Made by a program: the position numbers and the translations under genes
The notes under the pieces: generated by a model
Databases searched by the model: none
Seen by the model: only the letters and a program-made list of their open reading frames with translations
What the model was told of the DNA's origin: nothing
DNA from: Auanema rhodensis
Taxonomy: Eukaryota; Animalia; Nematoda
Assembly: GCA_964057225.1 (NCBI GenBank)
Contig: OZ059894.1
Location: 23,994,001 to 24,058,000 of the forward strand
Direction: 5' to 3'
Length of the DNA stretch: 64,000 nucleotides
In this document: piece by piece, positions 11,601 to 26,928 of the stretch
Numbering within the stretch: the stretch's first letter is position 1
How the letters are laid out: every line of letters begins with the position of its first letter

Positions 11601-14600
11601 GTCTAAAAACAAATTTTTATTGATATTGGTTCATGGTAACCATGACTTTGAAATTTACGTGAACTTTAATTTATGCTAATTAAATGTACACGTGATGTGC
11701 ACTTGGTATGTAACTCGCTTCACGTGAAAGATAAAGAGATGCGGTTTTCAAAATTAGATTCCCCATGTCCATATTAGTCTAAACACAAATTTTTATTGAT
11801 ATTGGTTCATGGTAACCATGACTTTGAAATTTACGTGAACTTCAATTTATGCTAATTAAATGTACACGTGATGTGCACTTGGTATGTAACTCGCTTCACG
11901 TGAAAGATAAAGAGATGCGGTTTCCAAAATTAGATTCCCCATGTCCATATTAGTCTAAAAACAAATTTTTATTGATATTGGTTCATGGTAACCATGACTT
12001 TGAAATTTACGTGAACTTCAATTTATGCTAATTAAATGTACACGTGATGTGCACTTGGTATGTAACTCGCTTAACGTGAAAGATAAAGAGATGCGGTTTT
12101 CAAAATTAGATTCCCCATGTCCATATTAGTCTAAAAACAAATTTTTATTGATATTGGTTCATGGTAACCATGACTTTGAAATTTACGTGAACTTCAATTT
12201 ATGCTAATTAAATGTACACGTGATGTGCACTTGGTATGTAACTCGCTTCACGTGAAAGATAAAGAGATGCGGTTTTCAAAATTAGATTCCCCATGTCCAT
12301 ATTAGTCTAAAAACAAATTTTCATTGATATTGGTTCATGGTAACCATGACTTTGAAATTTACGTGAACTTCAATTTATGCTAATTAAATGTACACGTGAT
12401 GTGCACTTGGTATGTAACTCGCTTCACGTGAAAGATAAAGAGATGCGGTTTTCAAAATTAGATTCCCCATGTCCATATTAGTCTAAAAACAAATTTTTAT
12501 TGATATTGGTGCATGGTAACCATGACTTTGAAATTTACGTGAACTTTAATTTATGCTAATTAAATGTACACGTGATGTGCACTTGGTATGTAACTCGCTT
12601 CACGTGAAAGATAAAGAGATGCGGTTTTCAAAATTAGATTCCCCATGTCCATATTAGTCTAAAAACAAATTTTTATTGATATTGGTTCATGGTAACCATG
12701 ACTTTGAAATTTACGTGAACTTTAATTTATGCTAATTAAATGTACACGTGATGTGCACTTGGTATGTAACTCGCTTCACGTGAAAGATAAAGAGATGCGG
12801 TTTTCAAAATTAGATTCCCCATGTCCATATTAGTCTAAAAACAAATTTTCATTGATATTGGTTCATGGTAACCATGACTTTGAAATTTACGTGAACTTCA
12901 ATTTATGCTAATTAAATGTACACGTGATGTGCACTTGGTATGTAACTCGCTTCACGTGAAAGATAAAGAGATGCGGTTTTCAAAATTAGATTCCCCATGT
13001 CCATATTAGTCTAAAAACAAATTTTTATTGATATTGGTTCATGGTAACCATGACTTTGAAATTTACGTGAACTTTAATTTATGCTAATTAAATGTACACG
13101 TGATGTGCACTTGGTATGTAACTCGCTTCACGTGTGAGATAAAGAGATGCGGTTTTCAAAATTAGATTCCCCATGTCCATATTAGTCTAAAAACAAATTT
13201 TTATTGATATTGGTGCATGGTAACCATGACTTTGAAATTTACGTGAACTTTAATTTATGCTAATTAAATGTACACGTGATGTGCACTTGGTATGTAACTC
13301 GCTTCACGTGAAAGATAAAGAGATGCGGTTTTCAAAATTAGATTCCCCATGTCCATATTAGTCTAAAAACAAATTTTTATTGATATTGGTTCATGGTAAC
13401 CATGACTTTGAAATTTACGTGAACTTTAATTTATGCTAATTAAATGTACACGTGATGTGCACTTGGTATGTAACTCGCTTCACGTGAAAGATAAAGAGAT
13501 GCGGTTTTCAAAATTAGATTCCCCATGTCCATATTAGTCTAAAAACAAATTTTTATTGATATTGGTGCATGGTAACCATGACTTTGAAATTTACGTGAAC
13601 TTTAATTTATGCTAATTAAATGTACACGTGATGTGCCCTTGGTATGTAACTCGCTTCACGTGAAAGATAAAGAGATGCGGTTTTCAAAATTAGATTCCCC
13701 ATGTCCATATTAGTCTAAAAACAAATTTTTATTGATATTGGTGCATGGTAGCCATGACTTTGAAATTTACGTGAACTTTAATTTATGCTAATTAAATGTA
13801 CACGTGATGTGCACTTGGTATGTAACTCGCTTCACGTGAAAGATAAAGAGATGCGGTTTTCAAAATTAGATTCCCCATGTCCATATTAGTCTAAAAACAA
13901 ATTTTTATTGATATTGGTTCATGGTAACCATGACTTTGAAATTTACGTGAACTTTAATTTATGCTAATTAAATGTACACGTGATGTGCACTTGGTATGTA
14001 ACTCGCTTCACGTGAAAGATAAAGAGATGCGGTTTTCAAAATTAGATTCCCCATGTCCATATTAGTCTAAAAACAAATTTTTATTGATATTGGTGCATGG
14101 TAACCATGACTTTGAAATTTACGTGAACTTTAATTTATGCTAATTAAATGTACACGTGATGTGCACTTGGTATGTAACTCGCTTCACGTGAAAGATAAAA
14201 AGATGCGGTTTTCAAAATTAAATTTCCCATGTCCATATTAGTCTAAAAACAAATTTTTATTGATATTGGTGCATGGTAACCATGACTTTGAAATTTACGT
14301 GAACTTTAATTTATGCTAATTAAATGTACACGTGATGTGCACTTGGTATGTAACTCGCTTCACGTGAAAGATAAAGAGATGCGGTTTTCAAAATTAGATT
14401 CCCCATGTCCATATTAGTCTAAAAACAAATTTTTATTGATATTGGTTCATGGTAACCATGACTTTGAAATTTACGTGAACTTTAATTTATGCTAATTAAA
14501 TGTACACGTGATGTGCACTTGGTATGTAACTCGCTTCACGTGAAAGATAAAGAGATGCGGTTTTCAAAATTAGATTTCCCATGTCCATATTAGTCTAAAA

Positions 14601-17424
14601 ACAAATTTTTATTGATATTGGTGCATGGTAACCATGACTTTGAAATTTACGTGAACTTTAATTTATGCTAATTAAATGTACACGTGATGTGCACTTGGTA
14701 TGTAACTCGCTTCACGTGAAAGATAAAGAGATGCGGTTTTCAAAATTAGATTCCCCATGTCCATATTAGTCTAAAAACAAATTTTTATTGATATTGGTGC
14801 ATGGTAACCATGACTTTGAAATTTACGTGAACTTTAATTTATGCTAATTAAATGTACACGTGATGTGCACTTGGTATGTAACTCGCTTCACGTGAAAGAT
14901 AAAGAGATACGGTTTTCAAAATTAGATTCCCCATGTCCACATTAGTCTAAAAACAAATTTTTATTGATATTGGTGCATGGTAACCATGACTTTGAAATTT
15001 ACGTGAACTTTAATTTATGCTAATTAAATGTACACGTGATGTGCACTTGGTATGTAACTCGCTTCACGTGAAAGATAAAGAGATGCGGTTTTCAAAATTA
15101 GATTCCCCATGTCCATATTAGTCTAAAAACAAATTTTTATTGATATTGGTTCATGGTAACCATGACTTTGAAATTTACGTGAACTTTAATTTATGCTAAT
15201 TAAATGTACACGTGATGTGCACTTGGTATGTAACTCGCTTCACGTGTGAGATAAAGAGATGCGGTTTTCAAAATTAGATTCCCCATGTCCATATTAGTCT
15301 AAAAACAAATTTTTATTGATATTGGTTCATGGTAACCATGACTTTGAAATTTACGTGAACTTTAATTTATGCTAATTAAATGTACACGTGATGTGCACTT
15401 GGTATGTAACTCGCTTCACGTGAAAGATAAAGAGATGCGGTTTTCAAAATTAGATTCCCCATGTCCATATTAGTCTAAAAACAAATTTTTATTGATATTG
15501 GTTCATGGTAACCATGACTTTGAAATTTACGTGAACTTTAATTTATGCTAATTAAATGTACACGTGATGTGCACTTGGTATGTAACTCGCTTCACGTGGA
15601 AGATAAAGAGATGCGGTTTTCAAAATTAGATTCCCCATGTCCATATTAGTCTAAAAACAAATTTTTATTGATATTGGTTCATGGTAACCATGACTTTGAA
15701 ATTTACGTGAACTTCAATTTATGCTAATTAAATGTACACGTGATGTGCACTTGGTATGTAACTCGCTTCACGTGAAAGATAAAGAGATGCGGTTTTCAAA
15801 ATTAGATTCCCCATGTCCATATTAGTTTAAAAACAAATTTTTATTGATATTGGTTCATGGTAACCATGACTTTGAAATTTACGTGAACTTCAATTTATGC
15901 TAATTAAATGTACACGTGATGTGCACTTGGTATGTAACTCGCTTCACGTGAAAGATAAAGAGATGCGGTTTTCAAAATTAGATTCCCCATGTCCATATTA
16001 GTCTAAAAACAAATTTTTATTGATATTGGTTCATGGTAACCATGACTTTGAAATTTACGTGAACTTCAATTTATGCTAATTAAATGTACACGTGATGTGC
16101 ACTTGGTATGTAACTCGCTTCACGTGAAAGATAAAGAGATGCGGTTTTCAAAATTAGATTCCCCATGTCCATATTAGTCTAAAAACAAATTTTTATTGAT
16201 ATTGGTTCATGGTAACCATGACTTTGAAATTTACGTGAACTTTAATTTATGCTAATTAAATGTACACGTGATGTGCACTTGGTATGTAACTCGCTTCACG
16301 TGAAAGATAAAGAGATGCGGTTTTCAAAATTAGATTCCCCATGTCCATATTAGTCTAAAAACAAATTTTTATTGATATTGGTGCATGGTAACCATGACTT
16401 TGAAATTTACGTGAACTTCAATTTATGCTAATTAAATGTACACGTGATGTGCACTTGGTATGTAACTCGCTTCACGTGAAAGATAAAGAGATGCGGTTTT
16501 CAAAATTAGATTCCCCATGTCCATATTAGTCTAAAAACAAATTTTTATTGATATTGGTTCATGGTAACCATGACTTTGAAATTTACGTGAACTTCAATTT
16601 ATGCTAATTAAATGTACACGTGATGTGCACTTGGTATGTAACTCGCTTCACGTGAAAGATAAAGAGATGCGGTTTTCAAAATTAGATTCCCCATGTCCAT
16701 ATTAGTCTAAAAACAAATTTTTATTGATATTGGTGCATGGTAACCATGACTTTGAAATTTACGTGAACTTTAATTTATGCTAATTAAATGTACACGTGAT
16801 GTGCACTTGGTATGTAACTCGCTTCACGTGAAAGATAAAGAGATGCGGTTTTCAAAATTAGATTCCCCATGTCCATATTAGTCTAAAAACAAATTTTTAT
16901 TGATATTGGTTCATGGTGACCATGACTTTGAAATTTACGTGAACTTCAATTTATGCTAATTAAATGTACACGTGATGTGCACTTGGTATGTAACTCGCTT
17001 CACGTGAAAGATAAAGAGATGCGGTTTTCAAAATTAGATTCCCCATGTCCATATTAGTCTAAAAACAAATTTTTATTGATATTGGTGCATGGTAACCATG
17101 ACTTTGAAATTTACGTGAACTTTAATTTATGCTAATTAAATGTACACGTGATGTGCACTTGGTATGTAACTCGCTTCACGTGAAAGATAAAGAGATGCGG
17201 TTTTCAAAATTAGATTCCCCATGTCCATATTAGTCTAAAAACAACTTTTTATTGATATTGGTTCATGGTAACCATGACTTTGAAATTTACGTGAACTTCA
17301 ATTTATGCTAATTAAATGTACACGTGATGTGCACTTGGTATGTAACTCGCTTCACGTGAAAGATAAAGAGATGCGGTTTTCAAAATTAGATTCCCCATGT
17401 CCATATTAGTCTAATAACAAATTT

Positions 17425-20400
17425 TTATTGATATTGGTTCATGGTAACCATGACTTTGAAATTTACGTGAACTTCAATTTATGCTAATTAAATGTACACG
17501 TGATGTGCACTTGGTATGTAACTCGCTTCACGTGAAAGATAAAGAGATGCGGTTTTCAAAATTAGATTCCCCATGTCCATATTAGTCTAAAAACAAATTT
17601 TTATTGATATTGGTGCATGGTAACCATGACTTTGAAATTTACGTGAACTTTAATTTATGCTAATTAAATGTACACGTGATGTGCACTTGGTATGTAACTC
17701 GCTTCACGTGAAAGATAAAGAGATGCGGTTTTCAAAATTAGATTCCCCATGTCCATATTAGTCTAAAAACAACTTTTTATTGATATTGGTTCATGGTAAC
17801 CATGACTTTGAAATTTACGTGAACTTCAATTTATGCTAATTAAATGTACACGTGATGTGCACTTGGTATGTAACTCGCTTCACGTGAAAGATAAAGAGAT
17901 GCGGTTTTCAAAATTAGATTCCCCATGTCCATATTAGTCTAATAACAAATTTTTATTGATATTGGTTCATGGTAACCATGACTTTGAAATTTACGTGAAC
18001 TTCAATTTATGCTAATTAAATGTACACGTGATGTGCACTTGGTATGTAACTCGCTTCACGTGAAAGATAAAGAGATGCGGTTTTCAAAATTAGATTCCCC
18101 ATGTCCATATTAGTCTAAAAACAAATTTTTATTGATATTGGTTCATGGTAACCATGACTTTGAAATTTACGTGAACTTCAATTTATGCTAATTAAATGTA
18201 CACGTGATGTGCACTTGGTATGTAACTCGCTTCACGTGAAAGATAAAAAGATGCGGTTTTCAAAATTAGATTCCCCATGTCCATATTAGTCTAAAAACAA
18301 ATTTTTATTGATATTGGTGCATGGTAACCATGACTTTGAAATTTACGTGAACTTTAATTTATGCTAATTAAATGTACACGTGATGTGCACTTGGTATGTA
18401 ACTCGCTTCACGTGAAAGATAAAGAGATGCGGTTTTCAAAATTAGATTCCCCATGTCCATATTAGTCTAAAAACAAATTTTTATTGATATTGGTTCATGG
18501 TAACCATGACTTTGAAATTTACGTGAACTTTAATTTATGCTAATTAAATGTACACGTGATGTGCACTTGGTATGTAACTCGCTTCACGTGAAAGATAAAG
18601 AGATGCGGTTTTCAAAATTAGATTCCCCATGTCCATATTAGTCTAAAAACAAATTTTTATTGATATTGGTTCATGGTAACCATGACTTTGAAATTTACGT
18701 GAACTTCAATTTATGCTAATTAAATGTACACGTGATGTGCACTTGGTATGTAACTCGCTTCACGTGAAAGATAAAGAGATGCGGTTTCCAAAATTAGATT
18801 CCCCATGTCCATATTAGTCTAAAAACAAATTTTTATTGATATTGGTGCATGGTAACCATGACTTTGAAATTTACGTGAACTTTAATTTATGCTAATTAAA
18901 TGTACACGTGATGTGCACTTGGTATGTAACTCGCTTCACGTGAAAGATAAAGAGATGCGGTTTTCAAAATTAGATTCCCCATGTCCATATTAGTCTAAAA
19001 ACAAATTTTTATTGATATTGGTTCATGGTAACCATGACTTTGAAATTTACGTGAACTTTAATTTATGCTAATTAAATGTACACGTGATGTGCACTTGGTA
19101 TGTAACTCGCTTAACGTGAAAGATAAAGAGATGCGGTTTTCAAAATTAGATTCCCCATGTCCATATTAGTCTAAAAACAAATTTTTATTGATATTGGTTC
19201 ATGGTAACCATGACTTTGAAATTTACGTGAACTTCAATTTATGCTAATTAAATGTACACGTGATGTGCACTTGGTATGTAACTCGCTTCACGTGAAAGAT
19301 AAAGAGATGCGGTTTTCAAAATTAGATTCCCCATGTCCATATTAGTCTAAAAACAAATTTTCATTGATATTGGTTCATGGTAACCATGACTTTGAAATTT
19401 ACGTGAACTTCAATTTATGCTAATTAAATGTACACGTGATGTGCACTTGGTATGTAACTCGCTTCACGTGAAAGATAAAGAGATGCGGTTTTCAAAATTA
19501 GATTCCCCATGTCCATATTAGTCTAAAAACAAATTTTTATTGATATTGGTGCATGGTAACCATGACTTTGAAATTTACGTGAACTTTAATTTATGCTAAT
19601 TAAATGTACACGTGATGTGCACTTGGTATGTAACTCGCTTCACGTGAAAGATAAAGAGATGCGGTTTTCAAAATTAGATTCCCCATGTCCATATTAGTCT
19701 AAAAACAAATTTTTATTGATATTGGTTCATGGTGACCATGACTTTGAAATTTACGTGAACTTCAATTTATGCTAATTAAATGTACACGTGATGTGCACTT
19801 GGTATGTAACTCGCTTCACGTGAAAGATAAAGAGATGCGGTTTTCAAAATTAGATTCCCCATGTCCATATTAGTCTAAAAACAAATTTTTATTGATATTG
19901 GTGCATGGTAACCATGACTTTGAAATTTACGTGAACTTTAATTTATGCTAATTAAATGTACACGTGATGTGCACTTGGTATGTAACTCGCTTCACGTGAA
20001 AGATAAAGAGATGCGGTTTTCAAAATTAGATTCCCCATGTCCATATTAGTCTAATAACAAATTTTTATTGATATTGGTTCATGGTAACCATGACTTTGAA
20101 ATTTACGTGAACTTCAATTTATGCTAATTAAATGTACACGTGATGTGCACTTGGTATGTAACTCGCTTCACGTGAAAGATAAAGAGATGCGGTTTTCAAA
20201 ATTAGATTCCCCATGTCCATATTAGTCTAAAAACAAATTTTTATTGATATTGGTGCATGGTAACCATGACTTTGAAATTTACGTGAACTTTAATTTATGC
20301 TAATTAAATGTACACGTGATGTGCACTTGGTATGTAACTCGCTTCACGTGAAAGATAAAGAGATGCGGTTTTCAAAATTAGATTCCCCATGTCCATATTA

Positions 20401-22704
20401 GTCTAAAAACAACTTTTTATTGATATTGGTTCATGGTAACCATGACTTTGAAATTTACGTGAACTTCAATTTATGCTAATTAAATGTACACGTGATGTGC
20501 ACTTGGTATGTAACTCGCTTCACGTGAAAGATAAAGAGATGCGGTTTTCAAAATTAGATTCCCCATGTCCATATTAGTCTAATAACAAATTTTTATTGAT
20601 ATTGGTTCATGGTAACCATGACTTTGAAATTTACGTGAACTTCAATTTATGCTAATTAAATGTACACGTGATGTGCACTTGGTATGTAACTCGCTTCACG
20701 TGAAAGATAAAGAGATGCGGTTTTCAAAATTAGATTCCCCATGTCCATATTAGTCTAAAAACAAATTTTTATTGATATTGGTTCATGGTAACCATGACTT
20801 TGAAATTTACGTGAACTTCAATTTATGCTAATTAAATGTACACGTGATGTGCACTTGGTATGTAACTCGCTTCACGTGAAAGATAAAAAGATGCGGTTTT
20901 CAAAATTAGATTCCCCATGTCCATATTAGTCTAAAAACAAATTTTTATTGATATTGGTGCATGGTAACCATGACTTTGAAATTTACGTGAACTTTAATTT
21001 ATGCTAATTAAATGTACACGTGATGTGCACTTGGTATGTAACTCGCTTCACGTGAAAGATAAAGAGATGCGGTTTTCAAAATTAGATTCCCCATGTCCAT
21101 ATTAGTCTAAAAACAAATTTTTATTGATATTGGTTCATGGTAACCATGACTTTGAAATTTACGTGAACTTTAATTTATGCTAATTAAATGTACACGTGAT
21201 GTGCACTTGGTATGTAACTCGCTTCACGTGAAAGATAAAGAGATGCGGTTTTCAAAATTAGATTCCCCATGTCCATATTAGTCTAAAAACAAATTTTTAT
21301 TGATATTGGTTCATGGTAACCATGACTTTGAAATTTACGTGAACTTCAATTTATGCTAATTAAATGTACACGTGATGTGTACTTGGTATGTAACTCGCTT
21401 CACGTGAAAGATAAAGAGATGCGGTTTCCAAAATTAGATTCCCCATGTCCATATTAGTCTAAAAACAAATTTTTATTGATATTGGTGCATGGTAACCATG
21501 ACTTTGAAATTTACGTGAACTTTAATTTATGCTAATTAAATGTACACGTGATGTGCACTTGGTATGTAACTCGCTTCACGTGAAAGATAAAGAGATGCGG
21601 TTTTCAAAATTAGATTCCCCATGTCCATATTAGTCTAAAAACAAATTTTTATTGATATTGGTTCATGGTAACCATGACTTTGAAATTTACGTGAACTTTA
21701 ATTTATGCTAATTAAATGTACACGTGATGTGCACTTGGTATGTAACTCGCTTAACGTGAAAGATAAAGAGATGCGGTTTTCAAAATTAGATTCCCCATGT
21801 CCATATTAGTCTAAAAACAAATTTTTATTGATATTGGTTCATGGTAACCATGACTTTGAAATTTACGTGAACTTCAATTTATGCTAATTAAATGTACACG
21901 TGATGTGCACTTGGTATGTAACTCGCTTCACGTGAAAGATAAAGAGATGCGGTTTTCAAAATTAGATTCCCCATGTCCATATTAGTCTAAAAACAAATTT
22001 TCATTGATATTGGTTCATGGTAACCATGACTTTGAAATTTACGTGAACTTCAATTTATGCTAATTAAATGTACACGTGATGTGCACTTGGTATGTAACTC
22101 GCTTCACGTGAAAGATAAAGAGATGCGGTTTTCAAAATTAGATTCCCCATGTCCATATTAGTCTAAAAACAAATTTTTATTGATATTGGTGCATGGTAAC
22201 CATGACTTTGAAATTTACGTGAACTTTAATTTATGCTAATTAAATGTACACGTGATGTGCACTTGGTATGTAACTCGCTTCACGTGAAAGATAAAGAGAT
22301 GCGGTTTTCAAAATTAGATTCCCCATGTCCATATTAGTCTAAAAACAAATTTTTATTGATATTGGTTCATGGTGACCATGACTTTGAAATTTACGTGAAC
22401 TTCAATTTATGCTAATTAAATGTACACGTGATGTGCACTTGGTATGTAACTCGCTTCACGTGAAAGATAAAGAGATGCGGTTTTCAAAATTAGATTCCCC
22501 ATGTCCATATTAGTCTAAAAACAAATTTTTATTGATATTGGTGCATGGTAACCATGACTTTGAAATTTACGTGAACTTTAATTTATGCTAATTAAATGTA
22601 CACGTGATGTGCACTTGGTATGTAACTCGCTTCACGTGAAAGATAAAGAGATGCGGTTTTCAAAATTAGATTCCCCATGTCCATATTAGTCTAAAAACAA
22701 ATTT
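17425..22704. repeat. Tandem duplication of a 15-monomer block (2,640 bp): M100-114 and M115-129
   Basis: Markers 173C, 167T, 120A, 132C, 105A, 2C and 22G each recur 2,640 bp apart, for example 2C at 19362 and 22002, and 22G at 19734 and 22374. Confidence 0.85.
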
Positions 22705-25520
22705 TTATTGATATTGGTTCATGGTAACCATGACTTTGAAATTTACGTGAACTTTAATTTATGCTAATTAAATGTACACGTGATGTGCACTTGGTATGTA
22801 ACTCGCTTCACGTGAAAGATAAAGAGATGCGGTTTTCAAAATTAGATTCCCCATGTCCATATTAGTCTAAAAACAAATTTTTATTGATATTGGTTCATGG
22901 TAACCATGACTTTGAAATTTACGTGAACTTCAATTTATGCTAATTAAATGTACACGTGATGTGCACTTGGTATGTAACTCGCTTCACGTGAAAGATAAAG
23001 AGATGCGGTTTTCAAAATTAGATTCCCCATGTCCATATTAGTCTAAAAACAAATTTTTATTGATATTGGTGCATGGTAACCATGACTTTGAAATTTACGT
23101 GAACTTTAATTTATGCTAATTAAATGTACACGTGATGTGCACTTGGTATGTAACTCGCTTCACGTGAAAGATAAAGAGATGCGGTTTTCAAAATTAGATT
23201 CCCCATGTCCATATTAGTCTAAAAACAAATTTTTATTGATATTGGTTCATGGTAACCATGACTTTGAAATTTACGTGAACTTTAATTTATGCTAATTAAA
23301 TGTACACGTGATGTGCACTTGGTATGTAACTCGCTTAACGTGAAAGATAAAGAGATGCGGTTTTCAAAATTAGATTCCCCATGTCCATATTAGTCTAAAA
23401 ACAAATTTTTATTGATATTGGTTCATGGTAACCATGACTTTGAAATTTACGTGAACTTCAATTTATGCTAATTAAATGTACACGTGATGTGCACTTGGTA
23501 TGTAACTCGCTTCACGTGAAAGATAAAGAGATGCGGTTTTCAAAATTAGATTCCCCATGTCCATATTAGTCTAAAAACAAATTTTCATTGATATTGGTTC
23601 ATGGTAACCATGACTTTGAAATTTACGTGAACTTCAATTTATGCTAATTAAATGTACACGTGATGTGCACTTGGTATGTAACTCGCTTCACGTGAAAGAT
23701 AAAGAGATGCGGTTTTCAAAATTAGATTCCCCATGTCCATATTAGTCTAAAAACAAATTTTTATTGATATTGGTTCATGGTAACCATGACTTTGAAATTT
23801 ACGTGAACTTCAATTTATGCTAATTAAATGTACACGTGATGTGCACTTGGTATGTAACTCGCTTCACGTGAAAGATAAAGAGATGCGGTTTTCAAAATTA
23901 GATTCCCCATGTCCATATTAGTCTAAAAACAAATTTTTATTGATATTGGTGCATGGTAACCATGACTTTGAAATTTACGTGAACTTTAATTTATGCTAAT
24001 TAAATGTACACGTGATGTGCACTTGGTATGTAACTCGCTTCACGTGAAAGATAAAGAGATGTGGTTTTTAAAATTAGATTCCCCATGTCCATATTAGTCT
24101 AAAAACAAATTTTTATTGATATTGGTTCATGGTAACCATGACTTTGAAATTTACGTGAACTTTAATTTATGCTAATTAAATGTACACGTGATGTGCACTT
24201 GGTATGTAACTCGCTTCACGTGAAAGATAAAGAGATGCGGTTTTCAAAATTAGATTCCCCATGTCCATATTAGTCTAAAAACAAATTTTTATTGATATTG
24301 GTGCATGGTAACCATGACTTTGAAATTTACGTGAACTTTAATTTATGCTAATTAAATGTACACGTGATGTGCACTTGGTATGTAACTCGCTTCACGTGAA
24401 AGATAAAGAGATGCGGTTTTCAAAATTAGATTCCCCATGTCCATATTAGTCTAAAAACAAATTTTTATTGATATTGGTGCATGGTAACCATGACTTTGAA
24501 ATTTACGTGAACTTCAATTTATGCTAATTAAATGTACACGTGATGTGCACTTGGTATGTAACTCGCTTCACGTGAAAGATAAAGAGATGCGGTTTTCAAA
24601 ATTAGATTCCCCATGTCCATATTAGTCTAAAAACAAATTTTTATTGATATTGGTGCATGGTAACCATGACTTTGAAATTTACGTGAACTTTAATTTATGC
24701 TAATTAAATGTACACGTGATGTGCACTTGGTATGTAACTCGCTTCACGTGAAAGATAAAGAGATGCGGTTTTCAAAATTAGATTCCCCATGTCCATATTA
24801 GTCTAAAAACAAATTTTTATTGATATTGGTTCATGGTAACCATGACTTTGAAATTTACGTGAACTTTAATTTATGCTAATTAAATGTACACGTGATGTGC
24901 CCTTGGTATGTAACTCGCTTCACGTGAAAGATAAAGAGATGCGGTTTTCAAAATTAGATTCCCCATGTCCATATTAGTCTAAAAACAAATTTTTATTGAT
25001 ATTGGTTCATGGTAACCATGACTTTGAAATTTACGTGAACTTCAATTTATGCTAATTAAATGTACACGTGATGTGCACTTGGTATGTAACTCGCTTCACG
25101 TGAAAGATAAAGAGATGCGGTTTTCAAAATTAGATTCCCCATGTCCATATTAGTCTAAAAACAAATTTTTATTGATATTGGTTCATGGTAACCATGACTT
25201 TGAAATTTACGTGAACTTTAATTTATGCTAATTAAATGTACACGTGATGTGCACTTGGTATGTAACTCGCTTCACGTGAAAGATAAAAAGATGCGGTTTT
25301 CAAAATTAAATTTCCCATGTCCATATTAGTCTAAAAACAAATTTTTATTGATATTGGTGCATGGTAACCATGACTTTGAAATTTACGTGAACTTTAATTT
25401 ATGCTAATTAAATGTACACGTGATGTGCACTTGGTATGTAACTCGCTTCACGTGAAAGATAAAGAGATGCGGTTTTCAAAATTAGATTCCCCATGTCCAT
25501 ATTAGTCTAAAAACAAATTT

Positions 25521-26928
25521 TTATTGATATTGGTGCATGGTAACCATGACTTTGAAATTTACGTGAACTTTAATTTATGCTAATTAAATGTACACGTGAT
25601 GTGCACTTGGTATGTAACTCGCTTCACGTGAAAGATAAAGAGATGCGGTTTTCAAAATTAGATTTCCCATGTCCATATTAGTCTAAAAACAAATTTTTAT
25701 TGATATTGGTGCATGGTAACCATGACTTTGAAATTTACGTGAACTTTAATTTATGCTAATTAAATGTACACGTGATGTGCACTTGGTATGTAACTCGCTT
25801 CACGTGAAAGATAAAGAGATGCGGTTTTCAAAATTAGATTCCCCATGTCCATATTAGTCTAAAAACAAATTTTTATTGATATTGGTGCATGGTAACCATG
25901 ACTTTGAAATTTACGTGAACTTTAATTTATGCTAATTAAATGTACACGTGATGTGCACTTGGTATGTAACTCGCTTCACGTGAAAGATAAAGAGATACGG
26001 TTTTCAAAATTAGATTCCCCATGTCCATATTAGTCTAAAAACAAATTTTTATTGATATTGGTGCATGGTAACCATGACTTTGAAATTTACGTGAACTTTA
26101 ATTTATGCTAATTAAATGTACACGTGATGTGCACTTGGTATGTAACTCGCTTCACGTGAAAGATAAAGAGATGCGGTTTTCAAAATTAGATTCCCCATGT
26201 CCATATTAGTCTAAAAACAAATTTTTATTGATATTGGTGCATGGTAACCATGACTTTGAAATTTACGTGAACTTTAATTTATGCTAATTAAATGTACACG
26301 TGATGTGCACTTGGTATGTAACTCGCTTCACGTGAAAGATAAAGAGATGCGGTTTTCAAAATTAGATTTCCCATGTCCATATTAGTCTAAAAACAAATTT
26401 TTATTGATATTGGTGCATGGTAACCATGACTTTGAAATTTACGTGAACTTTAATTTATGCTAATTAAATGTACACGTGATGTGCACTTGGTATGTAACTC
26501 GCTTCACGTGAAAGATAAAGAGATGCGGTTTTCAAAATTAGATTCCCCATGTCCATATTAGTCTAAAAACAAATTTTTATTGATATTGGTGCATGGTAAC
26601 CATGACTTTGAAATTTACGTGAACTTTAATTTATGCTAATTAAATGTACACGTGATGTGCACTTGGTATGTAACTCGCTTCACGTGAAAGATAAAGAGAT
26701 ACGGTTTTCAAAATTAGATTCCCCATGTCCATATTAGTCTAAAAACAAATTTTTATTGATATTGGTGCATGGTAACCATGACTTTGAAATTTACGTGAAC
26801 TTTAATTTATGCTAATTAAATGTACACGTGATGTGCACTTGGTATGTAACTCGCTTCACGTGAAAGATAAAGAGATGCGGTTTTCAAAATTAGATTCCCC
26901 ATGTCCATATTAGTCTAAAAACAAATTT
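25521..26928. repeat. Tandem duplication of a 4-monomer block (704 bp): M146-149 and M150-153
   Basis: 145T occurs in M146 and M150. 125A occurs at 25997 and 26701. All eight monomers are G15/T51. Confidence 0.85.
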
